From the human T2T-CHM13v2.0 reference genome, Homo sapiens, in NCBI RefSeq assembly GCF_009914755.1, contig NC_060926.1: 64,000 nt of DNA, one strand, 5' to 3'. The notes below the pieces were generated by a model. It searched no databases and was not told the origin of the DNA. It saw nothing but the letters and a program-made list of their open reading frames with translations. Of this stretch, positions 60,030 through 64,000 are shown piece by piece. A program made the translations under genes and the position numbers. The first letter of the stretch is position 1; the number at the start of each line of letters is the position of its first letter.

Positions 60030-63000
60030 GAAATATAACTGATGAATGATGCTGAACTACTTTTGTAGCTGTTTAACAGTTACAATCTTGGGGTCTATGT
60101 ATGCACAAAAACACCAAGTAACCAAATGATTCAGTTAGACATTAAGCAAAGAAAGTCAGTGAAACTTGCTGTATGATCTGAACAACTATTTGGGCACCCA
60201 GGCAAAGAGGTAAATTCACCACTTATATATAAATGAAAAAGACAGGGTCAGTAATATGCTTGTTGTGATGCAGATTAGGGAAGGGTAAAAAATGTCTTAA
60301 ATGAACACTTCAATTCTGGTATATGATTACAAAACTAAAATCCCTGCAGTATACACAAATACAATTGCCTAACTTCAAAGTCCCAGGAAGCACCCACAAG
60401 GAAAAAACACACTCTGATTTTAATGTCTTCCTGATCCCCTCAAATGGCCTAATATGTATAATATTGAAAGTCAATTCTGTAGCTTCTCAAGGGTTAAATT
60501 CTTTGTTGCAAATAACTCTAAAAAAGTATCCCAGTAAGAATCAGGCTTAGACTAGTTCAGCAAGAGGAACCGTTCCATAATGAGGCTTGGCCTGGACCAG
60601 TCCCAGGAGAATTAATTTTGTGCCGTAGAACACCTAGATAAATTAGTTTTGCTTTAAATATCGAGTCCTAAAAGAGTTAAAAGAGGGAGAATATCAATCA
60701 ATAATTTTTAGATTAACTACTTTGTATATGACAAAACAAAATTAACTTTGGCATTATAACCACTTTCTCTCGCATTTCTGATAAGCCCCAAGTTTAAAAT
60801 AAGTAATTAGAGATTTAAAAACCAACCGAATATGTGCATTTGTTTCTTGTTACAAAATACTAATTCACTGCCTAGTTTGTAAAAAAAAAAAAATTACTCA
60901 TACATTTTGCAAAATTACAAATATTGTTATTTTTATTAAAATAATCACACCTGAGAAGAATTCAGAAAATATGTAGACAAATTCCTGTAGGGTTTTTTTC
61001 ATGGAATTGCTAAAGGAATTAAGCTTTAAAATTAAGTGAAAAATAATATTTCAGTTAACAAAGTTAGGTTCTTGAAATTATATTTTCATTGATTAATTCC
61101 TTCCAATGTCTACCCATTACTTCTCTTTTATAAAATTGATTTGTATTGAAACATTTGTGCAGAATTAAAATCATACCTACAAATGATAACAAATTTAACC
61201 TAAAACTCCCTTGTGTTTTAAAGGCTTTTTCTGGTTAAATGCCTACCAGAAAGGCAAATACAAAATTCATTTCCATAAGAGATGAAATCAGGCTTTTAAC
61301 CTAGCCAATTGCCCATATAAACAATCTTCAATATTATTTGGTCATCATTTGGTAATTAAAATGGAAAATCACAACCATGCTGAATTTACTCCAGGTGCCA
61401 AAAAAGTTATTTAGCAGATAACTAGAGATAGAGAAAATGTCTCTTTAACAGATTCTTTTAAGAATACATCTACAAGAAGCATCTGGCTTTCAAACAGTCA
61501 TAAAAACGAGAAGCAGTTGAACAGTGGCACCCAGAGGTGAAAAGTATATTGCTTCTAGAGATTTATATTGTTAACTACAATGTTTTTTAGTCATCCTTTT
61601 TTTCACTTCCAGATTTGTTTCTAGTATCATACCAGAAATCATTTTTTCTTTGTTGCATATTGAAATACCATATTTTAATAAATAGAAATAAATGTTTCGT
61701 TTTAGAAAAAGTACTTTCTTTATTAAATTGCATGCCAATTTCCCTCCTTCAAAACAATAAACCAACTGAACACCAGGCAAAATACCTTCCATAGTTGAAT
61801 ATCATGTTCACTCATCTACTTCTAGCCTACCAAAATTATTAGCAAAGATATTTTTAAGAAATACCTCTGTGACTACTACACAATTTCCATATACTCCAAG
61901 CTACATTTGTGCTAAAGATGTTTTTGTTGGATCATCGCGTATCCCTGAAGAGATAAACCTGGGGAGATTTTTAGAATTCCATACTGAACCCCCTCCCATT
62001 ATTATGATAGCAGAGGATGGAAATGGGAATAAGAATGCTGGACAAAAGAAAAGGGAATAAAAATACTTTTTTTTTAATTCCACAGGAAGTTTAAAAATAA
62101 CAAAATCTATTTTGACCAAAATCAAAACGCGCCTGCCGATTTTAATTAAAGCAGCTCTATACCTTTGAACCAGCCAACAAGCAGCTGCAGTAAGCATTTG
62201 GCTGGCTCTGAGTTCCTAAGCTAAACTGCAGAAAAACGCCTCCTCCTGGATCTAATCACCTTCGGGCGCCTCAAATAAACCTTAGCGTGTGGGGCCAGCA
62301 CAGGTCAGTTTTTTAAGAGCCTCCGTAGAACAGGGTCTTATTTTTGTTCCTGAGCTGAAATGCACACATGCACTTAGCAGAGAAGGTTTGCCTAATCTAT
62401 CACCGGTTTTCGTCTGTTTCTGGGTTTCCATTACCTTTTGTCAGACGTTTTCTCCAAGATCCTCGCTGCTTTCTTTTTAATCACCTAAGAAGCAACATTG
62501 ATGTGACAAGCTCCAGAAAAAGGCTCGTCCTTTCTTATCTGCATCTTCAGCCTAATGATGAGGAATGGGTTCCATAAACTTGAAAAAGGCAGGAAAATGC
62601 TGCCAAAGTCATTATCCACTACTTTAAATTGGAAAGAAAAAAGCTGTCCCTTTTTAGAAGAATGGTAATAACGTATAAAATAATTGTACAAAGCCTACAG
62701 CGTTTCATATAAGAAAGGAAATTGCCCAATGCAATTTAAAAGAAAAACAAAATACCTTCATTTCCCGCTATCTGAAATCTACATCAGAATGTACCCTCGA
62801 TTTTGCATATGAAGCAGAGTGCTCAATTGCCTGCCAGAAATGAGAGCGAATTATGCCTGCACTCAAGTTAATATTGAAATAATCTCCCTCTTTTTGATAC
62901 CTTCCTCTCGTCCCTTTTTCCCCTTCCGTACATTGCAGTGTCATTGCCTAAATCAATCTTTGGGCATTAAAGGTAGCTTCTGGGGAGCTTCTCAGTCGCC

Positions 63001-63309
63001 AGCCTGCTACTTGTCGGGGGCATCGGCTATGAACTGCAGCTGGATGGATGCCTGTCTGCCTGCTCGTCTTTAAGTCTCACGAAGCAAAACCGCAGGCTTT
63101 CTCGTACTCAAAACCACACCATCATTGTCCATATTCGGGTATTTCATTACAGTAACAGTTTGAAGGACACCAGGCTTACAGCCTTTTGGAGCAGACGGTA
63201 GGGAAGCTGCTCCACATGGATCATATTGATCTCTCCAACCACTCCTCGAACATCCACAGCTGTTCCAAGATTTGCGCCCAGCGGAGACGAGACGCGGCAG
63301 TAGACCTGG

Positions 63310-63323
63310 GCGCCACCTAGTGG
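63310..63323 (-). promoter_or_regulatory. CTCF core motif CCACTAGGTGGCGC
   Basis: gcgccacctagtgg is an exact match to CCASYAGRKGGCRS in unique, locally CpG-retaining DNA. Confidence 0.7.
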
Positions 63324-64000
63324 ATTCTATTGACCTGGGGGAGTCGTCAACGCGTGGTGAGGTATATAAGCTTCAGGGAACAATCCCTACAGCCAACCTA
63401 GAAAATACTAACTATAGTCGAAGCAATAGGGAAGGAGTCTTATCTTTAAAAAAAAAAAAAAAAAGTAACAAGAAGATGACAAAAGAAGCAAATGATTCAA
63501 ATGACTGACAGGAATTTCAAGAGTGGTTTTTCAATATAAATTTCAAATCTCTGAAATGTCAAAGTGCTTTATTATTTATATCTTTATTAAGAAAAGGAAA
63601 ATATAGAAAGTTTATTTTGCCAAAATATTACCACTTTTCTTTAATCTGCCAGATTGGTCACATTTTGCCTTAATAAGTTTATAATTCAGTAAGCCAATCC
63701 AAATGGAACTGAATTTTTATTTTTCCTACCATCTAATAAATATGAGTCTTAAGAAAAGCTGTTTATAAAATATTCCACCAATTATGTCTCCCTTCTTCAT
63801 CCATTCCATTCACAGTTTCCATTCCTATTATCCCCCAAAAGAGGTCGTACTCATTTTTCCTTCTATTCTTTACATGCACACATTTTCTGGAAGAAAGAAC
63901 TTCAATTTTCTTCGTGGCAAAGTTGTGGCTATTACCTCGTTTGAGATCAAATTCAAAATACAATTCCTAGAAAGTTGTACCTTCAATTGATCCACATTCT

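Noticed and set aside
61869-62060. 63-aa ORF with protein-like composition
   Set aside because: GTG start, no clear splice sites, no homology that I recognise

Overview
This is primate genomic DNA (probably human; it contains AluY, AluS and AluJ copies), AT-rich and non-coding (intergenic or intronic). I cannot support any protein-coding sequence: the listed ORFs are short and mostly Alu/L1/LTR translations or chance. The window is dominated by transposable elements: about 27 Alu copies or fragments, a near full-length ancient L1ME scaffold (~23.1-31.1 kb) with nested insertions, MaLR/ERVL LTRs, MIR/L2/L3/L4 relics and many hAT MITEs (MER5, MER33, MER30, MER1A, MER3, MER58B, ORSL-like). It also holds one decayed 5S rRNA retrocopy, a few splice-site-bounded candidate exons, and a TE-poor last ~4.7 kb with a consensus CTCF site. 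The most unusual signals are locally templated insertions: a 26-bp exact copy placed inside an Alu from 577 bp away, and a MER30 patched with an inverted self-copy plus a 34-bp copy from 1.92 kb away. Several duplication-plus-filler scars and perfect hairpins are also present. These fit known repair mechanisms (template switching, Pol theta end joining), and I found no evidence for a new gene system. Repeat subfamily names come from my recall of consensus sequences, and boundaries of old repeats are approximate.
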